Below, in pieces: positions 42,786 through 51,816 of a DNA stretch of 64,000 nucleotides (positions are counted from its first letter, which is position 1; every line of letters starts with the position of its first letter). The DNA is taken from positions 1-64,000 of the forward strand of contig CAWHHI010000008.1 of the NCBI GenBank assembly GCA_963829055.1. The letters run 5' to 3'. The DNA comes from an uncultured Gemmatimonadaceae bacterium. GTDB lineage: Bacteria > Gemmatimonadota > Gemmatimonadetes > Gemmatimonadales > Gemmatimonadaceae. Position numbers and translations under genes: made by a program. The notes below the pieces were generated by a model. That model worked only from the letters and a program-made list of their open reading frames with translations. It ran no database searches and was not told where the DNA came from.

Positions 42786-43675
42786 CCGGACACCTCGCAG
42801 CCGGCCCAGGACTCGATCAACTTCACGGTCTCCACGTGATCAGCCTCCTCACCTAACGCGCCGCGGGCCACACGGAGCAGGTCGGCGACGGTCTGTGTGA
42901 GCGGCGACGGCACGCGATTCTCCCGCGCGAACTCGGCCGCGATGGTCACATCCTTCTCCATGAGCGCGAGCTTGAACGTGCGGGGGAACGCGCGCGTGAT
43001 CACGCGCTCGGTGAACAGGTTCTGCGACACGTTCGACCGACCGCTCGACGCGTTGATCACGTCGAGCGCGAGGCTCGCCGACACGCCCGCCTTCGACAGC
43101 GAGACCAGCCCTTCGCTGAGCGCCCAGATGTGAATGCCGAGGAGTGCCTGGTTCACCGCCTTCACGGCGTCGCCTGAGCCGACGGGGCCGCAGAGGACGA
43201 TCTTCTTCCCGAACGCCTCGAGCACCGGCCGAGCGCGTTCGAGGGTTGCCTCATCGGCGCCGCACATGACGGTGAGCGTCCCCTGCTGCGCGCCCGACAC
43301 GCCGCCGCTGACGGGCGCGTCCATGAACGCAACGCTGCGCGCCGATAGCCGGCCTGCGATGCGCTTCGACGTTGCCGGATCACCGGACGTGCAATCGATG
43401 AAGAGCACACCGTCGGCGATGCCGGCCAGCAGCCCGTCGTCGCCATCGAGGAGGGACTCGACCTCGCGTGACGTTGGCAGACAGGTGATAACGACATCGG
43501 CCCCACGTGCGGCATCCGCCGGAGATGTGGCGACACGCGCGCCGGTCTCGGCGCCGAACGCACGGGCGCGCTCGGCCGTGCGGTTCCACACCGTGAGGGA
43601 GAACGGCGGCTTGGCGAGATGGAGCGCGATCGGGGTACCGATCGCGCCAAGGCCCAGGAAGGCAACGCTTGTCAA
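42782..43675 (-). CDS. 3-hydroxyisobutyrate dehydrogenase-family oxidoreductase
   Basis: FLGLGAIG, DAPVSGG, KAVNQ, KD. Confidence 0.88.
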   Translation of the reverse strand: MTSVAFLGLGAIGTPIALHLAKPPFSLTVWNRTAERARAFGAETGARVATSPADAARGADVVITCLPTSREVESLLDGDDGLLAGIADGVLFIDCTSGDPATSKRIAGRLSARSVAFMDAPVSGGVSGAQQGTLTVMCGADEATLERARPVLEAFGKKIVLCGPVGSGDAVKAVNQALLGIHIWALSEGLVSLSKAGVSASLALDVINASSGRSNVSQNLFTERVITRAFPRTFKLALMEKDVTIAAEFARENRVPSPLTQTVADLLRVARGALGEEADHVETVKLIESWAGCEVSG

Positions 43676-43792
43676 CGGCGGATGGGTGCGGGGTGGTGCA
43701 TAGTTGCGTTGGTGGGAAGCCGGAAAGTCGTGACCCCTCGCAGGTACGTCAACTGGCCAGGGCCAGTGACCGGTGCGCTACGTTTCCATGCA

Positions 43793-44050
43793 ATGCATAC
43801 TGTAGTCACCATCTCCGGCATGTTGGCCGTTCACGCGAAACGCGCCGTCTTTACGGCGCTGGCTGGTGTCGAGGGGGTTCGTGTCGCCGACGTGGAGCTC
43901 GGGCGCGCCATTGTGGAACACGATGCGAGCGTCAGCGAGGAGGCGCTCGCGACGGCGATCGAGTCGGTAGGGTGTCACGTCGTCGCAACCGAACGGCTCG
44001 CGAGTCGAATGCTCCCGGTGGTAGGCAGCGCCGATGATGAGAGCGCGTAG
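43793..44050 (+). CDS. HMA-fold protein lacking CxxC
   Basis: ISGMLAVHAKRAV..ALAGVEGV..AIESVG. Confidence 0.65.
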   Translation: MHTVVTISGMLAVHAKRAVFTALAGVEGVRVADVELGRAIVEHDASVSEEALATAIESVGCHVVATERLASRMLPVVGSADDESA

Positions 44051-44101
44051 CGGTGGCGCTCGATCCCGACGCCTTTGCGTCGACAGAGCGACCGAACAAA
44101 T

Positions 44102-44143
44102 GAGAAGACGGGGGTTGGCGGATCTTCGCCAACCCCCGTCTCT
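44102..44143. terminator. Hairpin terminator between convergent genes
   Basis: AGACGGGGGTTGGCG..CGCCAACCCCCGTCT. Confidence 0.8.
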
Positions 44144-44161
44144 TGCATTCACGCGAGACCG

Positions 44162-45580
44162 CTATGGGATCGGCCAGCGGACCGTAACATTGTTACCGGT
44201 TGCGACGTACCCAACGGCGAAATACGGCTGCACCGATGTTATCGCGACCGCAATCGTATTGTCGGAGCCGCTGCCCACCTGTCCGAGGCCACTGAGTCTC
44301 GATGGAGCGCCGGCGAGCGTGGGAGGAGGGCCGGACAGGTCGAGACGCCAGACGGTGCCCTGATTTTTTCCACCGGTGCTGCAGCTGTAGCCAACAATGA
44401 TTCCGGCACTGTTCACATCTTGCGCGCGACCGCCGGCGCACGAAGACGACAGAGATGGAAGGGGCGTGCCGACAACATTCCCTGCCCACGTCGTACCGTT
44501 TCGGTACCAGTACACGGGCGTGCCAGCACGCTGTCCAACGACGACGGTCCCCGCGGGATTGATCGCGTAGGCGATCCCGTCGAGCAGTGCGTAGGTCGTC
44601 GCGTTGTTCCAGACCACACCCTGCACGGTTCCGCCGGCGGACGTCGTCCGTCCTGCCGCCTGTCCGGCTTCGTTCACGTCGTAGATCGATGCGGCAGCAC
44701 CCGGAAGGGCGTACTGAATCGGCTGCGGATCCCACGCACCGTTGGCGCGACGCCAGACCACAGGACGATTGACCTGATTGCGCGCGACCGTTACCGCCAA
44801 CCAGCCGCCGGCGAGCAGTGTTCCGTCACTCGCTATTGCGGCTGATGTCGCGTTGCCACCACCGCTACCGGAAAACCCAGGGAGCGTCTGCCGTGTCCAC
44901 TGGCCGCTGCTCATGTCGCGCGTCCACGCGACCGCGACGAAGCCCCCGTCACGGCCTAACGCGACGGTTCCCGTGGGGTCGATGCCCCAGGCCTGACCCG
45001 CGCCAAGGTCGACGGCCGCACCCGAGATGTTGTCATACACCCACGCACCGGACAGGTCGCCATACCCGACGGCGCTCACCTGCTCGCTGGCGCCCATGAC
45101 GTACCCGCCAATCCCGCCGCCAAGCACTTGTGCGGTGGTGACCTCGAACTTCTCGGTGCCGACGCCTTTCTTGCCCCCAATCAGCGTGACTGCAATGTCC
45201 CAGTACGCGAGATCGGCATCGGCCGAAACCGTGATGTTCGCGACGAGCTCGGACGCGCTCACGACGGTGGTCGAGTTCGTGCGCACCTTCGCGGCATTCG
45301 GGACGCCCGCGAGCGCCCATTCCGCCGCCGCACCAGCGGTGAAGCCGGAGCCGAATACGTGGACGTCCAAAGTCGTGTCCCGGCGTGCGTAGGATGGTGA
45401 CGCAGACGTGACCGCGGGCCCCGCGGGCGTCTTGCCTAACGACGGCCGGTCCACGAGACGGACGTTCGTGGGCGCGTCGCTACAGGCGACGGACAGCGCA
45501 GATAGCCCGGCGGCCATCAGCGCACCAGCGGTGCGTCGCGCACGCGAGGCGGGCAAGAGGATGCGCATGTGGTGGGGCAT
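44162..45580 (-). CDS. Lipoprotein with an Ig-like N-terminus and HAF-like beta repeats
   Basis: VAC lipobox; repeats of type AYAIN..G.VVG and AQDVNSAGIIVG. Confidence 0.75.
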   Translation of the reverse strand: MPHHMRILLPASRARRTAGALMAAGLSALSVACSDAPTNVRLVDRPSLGKTPAGPAVTSASPSYARRDTTLDVHVFGSGFTAGAAAEWALAGVPNAAKVRTNSTTVVSASELVANITVSADADLAYWDIAVTLIGGKKGVGTEKFEVTTAQVLGGGIGGYVMGASEQVSAVGYGDLSGAWVYDNISGAAVDLGAGQAWGIDPTGTVALGRDGGFVAVAWTRDMSSGQWTRQTLPGFSGSGGGNATSAAIASDGTLLAGGWLAVTVARNQVNRPVVWRRANGAWDPQPIQYALPGAAASIYDVNEAGQAAGRTTSAGGTVQGVVWNNATTYALLDGIAYAINPAGTVVVGQRAGTPVYWYRNGTTWAGNVVGTPLPSLSSSCAGGRAQDVNSAGIIVGYSCSTGGKNQGTVWRLDLSGPPPTLAGAPSRLSGLGQVGSGSDNTIAVAITSVQPYFAVGYVATGNNVTVRWPIP

Positions 45581-45644
45581 TCTTGGGCTCCAGTGACGAG
45601 AGATCTGTACGAACTCGGGAGACGACGACTGCAGGCCGGCGATT

Positions 45645-45674
45645 CTATGACACGGCAGACCGCCGCCGGATTGC
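45645..45674 (-). promoter_or_regulatory. Putative ECF promoter GCAAT-N14-CCGTGTCATAG
   Basis: Same motif and spacing as 49341-49370. Confidence 0.65.
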
Positions 45675-45687
45675 GAGCGACCTCAGC

Positions 45688-48600
45688 TCACCAACGGGCA
45701 CGAGGCAACGCGCCGGCGCGAAACACTGATGCGAGCGGCGACGTCTGCATGACGCCAGCGCCGCTCGCCGCGTACGCCGCCCAGTAGTGCGGCGCGGCGT
45801 ATCGTCCCTCGCGAATGAGATCACGCTGCGCGAACGCGAGCGCCTCAGCCGCATCGCCTCCCGCGAGATGCGCGTAGAATCGATCAGCGAGCGCGGCTGC
45901 GCTTTCATCCTCGACTCGCCACCGCGTCGCGACGACAGTGCGCGCACCCGCGTACAGGAACGCCTGCTCCAGCGTCGCATGATCGGCAGCGCGTGCATAA
46001 CGCGACGACCAGGCCCCGCCCACACCGGTCTCGCACCCGGAGAGAAACACGAGTGGGCTGGTGATCCAGAGCGGAAGCAGTTCGTGCACTTCCAGGCGCC
46101 CATTGTCGGCGCCGGCGCCGCTGCCACGCGCGAGCTCGATGCGTGAGAACATCGGGCTATCGACGTCCAGCACGCCATGCGATGCCACGTGCACGATTGC
46201 TCCCCCTTGCAGCGCTTCGCGGAGGGCCTGCTCTGTTGCGGCATCACCGAGCAGCACTGATGAGCCCGGGTGAATCGCGGCCACGCGGTTGGCTTCACCG
46301 CGCGAGCTGACGAGCGTCGTTGGAAACGGCGCGAACGCCGCAATGCGCGGCTGGTCACTCGTGGTGGGTCGAGCGCCCGAGCGTAGCACCGGCAGCGCCG
46401 CAGCGACGGGCAGATACAGCACCGTGTAATCCTCGACCAGCGCACGACCCGACGGCGACCTCAATGCGGCGAACGGCAGGTACGCGAGAGCGCCGTGCGG
46501 CACGACAACGAGTCGGCGCACTCCCGTCAATCCTCCCGCAGTGGCGACCGGCTCGATGAGCGTCGCGTACAGCGCGCGCAGCACGGCGTGGGCGCTGGCG
46601 TCCGTCGATGCCTGGTCCGCGGAAACACCGGCGGCGAGCAGGTCGCGCGCGAGACGAACCCGCCCCGCGAGATCGGATGCGTTCGCCTCGCGTACCGCCA
46701 CCTGCACGCCTCGCCGGTTGAGCCAGAAGATGATCACCTTCTCGCCTGTCACGAAGAACTCGACGAGCGTCTCGTCCTCGCGGAGCGCGGCGCGGATGAC
46801 ACTCGTTCGCGCGCGTGCGAGACGAGTCTGTGGCACACCTGCTCGCGCGCCCGGATAGCGGACGAGCATCTCGTCGAACTCGCGACGCCGCGCGGCCAGC
46901 TCGGCCGCAAGAGCAGGCTGCGGATCGATCGTACTCCTGCCGCGGGCACGAGGCGCACTCTCGCTATCCGCGGAGAGGCGACGCATCAGTCCGTCGATCG
47001 TGTGGAGCACACGTGCGCGCTCGCCGAGGATCGCGCTCGTGCTGTCCGAATCGTCGTCGCGAACCCGGGCTCGAGCGAGGTGGTCCAGCAGCGCACGACT
47101 GCGAGCGCCGTCCGCGACCTCGAGCGCTTCGCTCGTTCGCCCAGCGCTCAAGAGAGCCAGAACGAGGTCCTCATAGACCGAGGCCTTCTCGGTAATGAGC
47201 GCTGTGCGCAACTCACCGTCGCCAAGAGACGTGCGGATTCGCTCCGCATGCGCGACCGCGAGATTGCCATGCGCGATCGCGGCGTCCAATTCACCCAACC
47301 GCCGGTACGCGCGCGCCGTGAGCGCTTCCGCCTCGAACTGCGCACTGACGCCGCCGATGAAGAGCTCGGACCTCGCCGCCGCCAGGAGCGACAGTACGCG
47401 ACGAGAATCGCTTTCCCGATCCGCGATGCGCGCTGAAGTCAGCGCGAGAAGACTGCGTGCTGGCGCAGTACGCAGCGTGTCCGAGAGTGCCGCGGCGACG
47501 GCAAGGCGATCACGCGCCGTGGAATGGTCCCCAGATCGCTCCGCCAGCTCCGCATCGACGAGCAAGTCGGTGAGAACGTCGAACCGCGCGTTCATCGCGC
47601 GGTGCATCGCGAGCGCCCTCGCCGCGCTCGCGCGCGCCCGAGCAGCATCCCCGAGCTCACCAAGCACTGTCGCGCGACGTAATAGCACCGCCGCGACCTC
47701 ATCAGGCGCGCCAACGGCGGAGTCCAGCCGGAACGCTTCGTCGAGAATGCTGAGCGCGCGTCGCCGGTCTCCAGTCTTCTCGTAGATCTCGGCAAGGAGC
47801 TCGAGATTCTCGCCCTCCTGCACCGGGAGATCGGACGCGCGCGCAATCCGGATCGCTGTATCGAGCGCCGCGATGGCACGCTGTGTTTCGCCCAACAGGT
47901 CGTACGCGGTGGCGAGTTGCGCGTACGCATTCTCCTCGCCGACCGGATGGTTCGGCTGCGGATGGCGTCGTCGAAGGTCTTCGATCGCTTCGATCGCGGC
48001 GAGCGGAGCACCGAGACGCACATCCACGGCTGCGATCCCCGTGGTGGCGTTCCATTCCGTGATCGTCTCCCCCAGTCGCCGCGCGGCCTCGCGCGCCGAC
48101 ACCAGATCGGCACGAGCGACTTCGAAGTCGCCGAGGTCGTACGCCAGGAGACCTTTGTTCGCGGTGACCTTGGCCAGGCCAACGCTATCACCCATCTCCG
48201 CCGCGGCCACGCGCGCAGTATCGAACAGCGCCACACCTACGTCGAGGCGCCCTTCGTCTCGCGCCAACAGACCCAGCGCATTGTAGGATCGGAACAGGTC
48301 GGCCCGCATGTCGTGCCGACGTTTGAGCGCGAGCGCGTCCTCCCCGAGTCGTCGAGCCTCCGGATAATCACCGAGACGCCATGCGGCGACGCCGAGCGAG
48401 GTGAGCGACCGCGCGACGGCCACGCTGTCGCCTAACGCATACGCCTGTTGCAGCGCGGCCTGATAGTTCGTTCGCGCGCTGTCGTACTGACCGCGCTCGT
48501 ACAAGGCGTCGGCCGCGGCGACTATTTGCTCGAGTCGGCTCGCGGGGCTTCCGTCCGCTGTAACGGTCCCGGGAGTGACAGAACCGGACGCTGACGTCTG

Positions 48601-48693
48601 ACGCGGCCGCGGATCGAGCGCGGGCGTCGACGCGTCGCCGCAACTCATCGTTGCGACGAGCATGATCGGCGCGCTCAACGTCGCGAGGCGCAT
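45688..48693 (-). CDS. TPR-CHAT domain protein
   Basis: TPR repeats; VVPHGALAYLPF, HVASHG, LSGCET, W.VED, PHYWAAY. Confidence 0.92.
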   Translation of the reverse strand: MRLATLSAPIMLVATMSCGDASTPALDPRPRQTSASGSVTPGTVTADGSPASRLEQIVAAADALYERGQYDSARTNYQAALQQAYALGDSVAVARSLTSLGVAAWRLGDYPEARRLGEDALALKRRHDMRADLFRSYNALGLLARDEGRLDVGVALFDTARVAAAEMGDSVGLAKVTANKGLLAYDLGDFEVARADLVSAREAARRLGETITEWNATTGIAAVDVRLGAPLAAIEAIEDLRRRHPQPNHPVGEENAYAQLATAYDLLGETQRAIAALDTAIRIARASDLPVQEGENLELLAEIYEKTGDRRRALSILDEAFRLDSAVGAPDEVAAVLLRRATVLGELGDAARARASAARALAMHRAMNARFDVLTDLLVDAELAERSGDHSTARDRLAVAAALSDTLRTAPARSLLALTSARIADRESDSRRVLSLLAAARSELFIGGVSAQFEAEALTARAYRRLGELDAAIAHGNLAVAHAERIRTSLGDGELRTALITEKASVYEDLVLALLSAGRTSEALEVADGARSRALLDHLARARVRDDDSDSTSAILGERARVLHTIDGLMRRLSADSESAPRARGRSTIDPQPALAAELAARRREFDEMLVRYPGARAGVPQTRLARARTSVIRAALREDETLVEFFVTGEKVIIFWLNRRGVQVAVREANASDLAGRVRLARDLLAAGVSADQASTDASAHAVLRALYATLIEPVATAGGLTGVRRLVVVPHGALAYLPFAALRSPSGRALVEDYTVLYLPVAAALPVLRSGARPTTSDQPRIAAFAPFPTTLVSSRGEANRVAAIHPGSSVLLGDAATEQALREALQGGAIVHVASHGVLDVDSPMFSRIELARGSGAGADNGRLEVHELLPLWITSPLVFLSGCETGVGGAWSSRYARAADHATLEQAFLYAGARTVVATRWRVEDESAAALADRFYAHLAGGDAAEALAFAQRDLIREGRYAAPHYWAAYAASGAGVMQTSPLASVFRAGALPRARW

Positions 48694-48696
48694 TGC

Positions 48697-49296
48697 CTAT
48701 CTGGTCGTGAAGCGCTGGCGACCCGTCCCTACTGATCGGCCATCGGATTTCAGGCCGTCCACGTACCAGTGGATCTCTGCTCCAGGCGCAAGGACAACGG
48801 AATCCGGCAGCGCGACGCTGGTGTCCGACGTGCTGGTCGTCCACCGCGCACGGCCATCCGCGTCGAGGACAGTCAGCGTGTACTCCACCACGGATTCGGA
48901 CGCGCGCCACACGAATCGAACGCCCGCCGGTGTCACTACGGCTTCTCTCGCCGGCATGACTACCGCGAGCGTGGTGGAATTCGCAGCGGAGGGTATTGGC
49001 GCCGATCGCATCCGCGGACTGCTCGCCGTCGGTGCTTGCCGAGAGATGACCATGAGCAGGACTGCCGCGGCGGCCGCACCGACGACCGCGACCGAAGGCC
49101 AGCGTCGCACCGCCGGCGTCGGCGCGGGCGCGGCGTTCACGAGCCGCTTGGCGCTCACGAATTCGGACCGACATTGGAAGCAGTCCGCAACGTGAGCTTC
49201 GACCTCCGCTCGCGCTGATGGAGCCAACGATCCGTCGATGTACGCAGCGAGCGTCTCGGCCGGGAGATGACCCGGCGGCGGAGCTGAGCTCAACAT
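48697..49296 (-). CDS. zf-HC2 anti-sigma factor
   Basis: HVADCFQC, TM helix, periplasmic beta domain. Confidence 0.85.
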   Translation of the reverse strand: MLSSAPPPGHLPAETLAAYIDGSLAPSARAEVEAHVADCFQCRSEFVSAKRLVNAAPAPTPAVRRWPSVAVVGAAAAAVLLMVISRQAPTASSPRMRSAPIPSAANSTTLAVVMPAREAVVTPAGVRFVWRASESVVEYTLTVLDADGRARWTTSTSDTSVALPDSVVLAPGAEIHWYVDGLKSDGRSVGTGRQRFTTR

Positions 49297-49340
49297 GAGC
49301 GTCGAGTCACGGCGAGACCGAGAGCTGGGGGGCACATTGC

Positions 49341-49370
49341 CTATGACACGGAAGAGCGAACGCGAATTGC
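49341..49370 (-). promoter_or_regulatory. Putative ECF promoter GCAAT-N14-CCGTGTCATAG
   Basis: Lies between the sigma and anti-sigma genes; duplicate of 45645-45674. Confidence 0.65.
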
Positions 49371-49399
49371 ACGCGGCCTCGGGCTGATCGACCGTGATG

Positions 49400-50089
49400 T
49401 TACGGAACGGCGCCTTCGAGACCGCGTGCGATGAGCCCGCGGCGCAACACGTCGAGTACGTGATTCAACCGCCGGTAGACGTGAAACGGCGTGGGCGCGT
49501 CGATCACCTCGGCGATCTCCTTCGCCGACAGGTCGTCCTCGAAGCGGAGTTTGATGAGGAGCCGGTCGGCGGCCGGGAGCGCCTCGATCTCCGCCGACAA
49601 TGCCGCGCGCGTTTCCGCCACGATGATGCCCGCATCGGCGGCCTGACAGTCGGTGTCGGGAAGGAGTGCGAGGTCCATCGCCTCCGCCGCGAGGTCAGCG
49701 AGCCGCCGGCGCGCCGCCCGGTCGTCGCGCGCTACGTCAGGCGCGGCCTCAGCGGCCGTTCTCCCATAGCGCTCCCGATGCCAATCATGAGCAAGCCGCC
49801 GAGCGACCACGACGAGCCACGTCGTAAACTTGCCGGTGCCGTCCGCGGCGAATGTTCGCAAGCGCCGACAATCCTGGTCACTCAGCTTCTGCAGGATGAA
49901 CGTGTACGCGTCCATCGCTGAATCGTGATCGCGATCAACCGATCGCACCGCGTGCAGCATGACCTTGCTGTACGTGGCGACGAACGCCTCCCACGCGCGC
50001 TCCCGCCTCGCCGCGGTGGCGGCGTCGAGGAGCGCGGAGAGCTCGGCTGGGCGAGTGTGCGTCACGCGAGAGAAGGGACGACGCGCCAC
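49400..50089 (-). CDS. ECF RNA polymerase sigma factor
   Basis: AWEAFV, KFTTWL..VARR, LPAADRLLIKLRF..LSAKEIA. Confidence 0.85.
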   Translation of the reverse strand: MARRPFSRVTHTRPAELSALLDAATAARRERAWEAFVATYSKVMLHAVRSVDRDHDSAMDAYTFILQKLSDQDCRRLRTFAADGTGKFTTWLVVVARRLAHDWHRERYGRTAAEAAPDVARDDRAARRRLADLAAEAMDLALLPDTDCQAADAGIIVAETRAALSAEIEALPAADRLLIKLRFEDDLSAKEIAEVIDAPTPFHVYRRLNHVLDVLRRGLIARGLEGAVP

Positions 50090-50254
50090 GTCGAGTTGCT
50101 CGACGAATTCGCGTGCGATCGATAATAGGGGAGGCTGTCACCGGCGCAACACGCCGCGGAAGCGAACAGGCAAACAATGACGCGCCAGCTTGTTCGCTCT
50201 GGGCCACCCTCGTAACTTGACGCCCCGCCCTCGCCCGCCGCACACGACTCGCCG

Positions 50255-51637
50255 ATGACTCCACCTCAGCGAAAGGAAGAACGCCCTGTCGCGGCGCTGA
50301 TCGCGCCGGACATTCTGGCGCTGCTGGAGGAGTCTCCGGCGGATGTCGCCGCGGAGACCGAGGAGATGCACGCGGCCGATCTCGCGGACGTCGCCGAAGC
50401 GCTCCCGATCGAGCAGGTGAGGATCCTGCTTCGCGTCCTGCCCGCCGCGCGCGCGGCCGACGTGCTCGAGTACCTCGACGAAGAGCTCAGGTCCGAGCTG
50501 CTCGAGGAGATGTCCGCGGCGCAGGCCGCGAAGCTCGTCTCCGAGATGACGCCGGACGATCGCGCCGACGTCCTCGAGGAGATGGAGGAAGACCGCGCCG
50601 AAGCGATTCTCGCGGAAATCCCCGCCGAGGCGCGGCGCGAAACAGAAAAGCTGCTCACGTACGCTCCGGATTCGGCCGGTGGCATCATGACCACCGAGTT
50701 CGTGCAGGTGCCGGAGACGATCACGGTGGAAGAGGCGCTCGCCAGCGTGCGACGCATCGCACGCGCGGGGCGCCGCGAGGCGATGCACAACATCTACGTG
50801 ACCGACGCGCAGGGGATCCTGCGCGGCGTGCTCTCACTGCGCGAGATGCTCGCCGCAGCCGAGGGTACCCGCGTGGCGGACGTCGCGTGGGAAGAGGTGG
50901 TCAGCGTTCCCGCCACGACCGATCGCGCGGAAGTGGCGCGGGCAGTATCGGAATACGATCTCGTCGCCGTGCCGGTGGTCGATGACGGCGGACGCGTCAT
51001 CGGCGTGGTGACGGTCGACGACGTCATCGACGCGATCGTCGAAGAGCAGACGGAAGACGTGCAGAAGCTCGGCGCCGTCCAGCCGCTCGAGGAGCCCTAC
51101 TTCCAGGCGGGCTTCTGGTCCATCGCGCGCAAACGCGGCGGGTGGCTCACGCTGCTGTTCATCGAGGAGATGTTCACGGGGACGGCGCTGCGTCACTACG
51201 AAGCGACGCTCGCGAGCGCGATCGCGCTGACGTTCTTCATCCCGCTCATCATCAGCTCGGGCGGTAACTCGGGCTCGCAGTCGGCGACGCTCATCACGCG
51301 TGCGCTCGCGGTCGGTGACGTGGACATGCGCGACGCGATGCGCGTGTTTCTCCGCGAGCTCGGGCAGGGCCTCGTGCTCGGCGCGTTCCTCGGCGCGATC
51401 GGGTTCGGACGCGCGCTCATGTGGGGGAACGGCACCGAGGTCGCGACGGTGGTGGCGCTCACGCTGCTGTTCGTCGTGATCACGGGCACGATCGTGGGGG
51501 CGATGCTGCCGATGGCCTTCACGAAGCTCGGGTTTGATCCGGCGATCGCGTCATCGCCGTTCGTCGCGTCACTGGTCGACGTGGCGGGGATCATCATCTA
51601 CTTCAACATCGCCATCCATCTACTCGGCCTGAAGTAG
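50255..51637 (+). CDS. mgtE: Magnesium transporter MgtE
   Basis: MgtE_N, CBS pair, GGNSGSQ, DPA..SSPFV..LVD. Confidence 0.95.
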   Translation: MTPPQRKEERPVAALIAPDILALLEESPADVAAETEEMHAADLADVAEALPIEQVRILLRVLPAARAADVLEYLDEELRSELLEEMSAAQAAKLVSEMTPDDRADVLEEMEEDRAEAILAEIPAEARRETEKLLTYAPDSAGGIMTTEFVQVPETITVEEALASVRRIARAGRREAMHNIYVTDAQGILRGVLSLREMLAAAEGTRVADVAWEEVVSVPATTDRAEVARAVSEYDLVAVPVVDDGGRVIGVVTVDDVIDAIVEEQTEDVQKLGAVQPLEEPYFQAGFWSIARKRGGWLTLLFIEEMFTGTALRHYEATLASAIALTFFIPLIISSGGNSGSQSATLITRALAVGDVDMRDAMRVFLRELGQGLVLGAFLGAIGFGRALMWGNGTEVATVVALTLLFVVITGTIVGAMLPMAFTKLGFDPAIASSPFVASLVDVAGIIIYFNIAIHLLGLK

Positions 51638-51658
51638 TCGCTTGCTGGACGCTGCTGT

Positions 51659-51737
51659 TGCCGACGGCTGCATGCTGCGGCCGCACGCTGCGCGCTGCAG
51701 CCATTACCCCCGGTGACCCACGCGCTGCTCGCTGCAT
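51659..51737. repeat. Orphan copy of the four-helix-bundle flanking repeat
   Basis: TGCCGACGGCTGCATGCTGCGGCCGCACGCTGCGCGCTGC..CCCACGCGCTGCTCGCTGC. Confidence 0.85.
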
Positions 51738-51816
51738 GCAGCCGCACGCAGCGTCACCCAGCATACCAGCACGACCGACCCAGCCACCAGCCGCAGTTCC
51801 CCGTTCCCGGTTCCCG

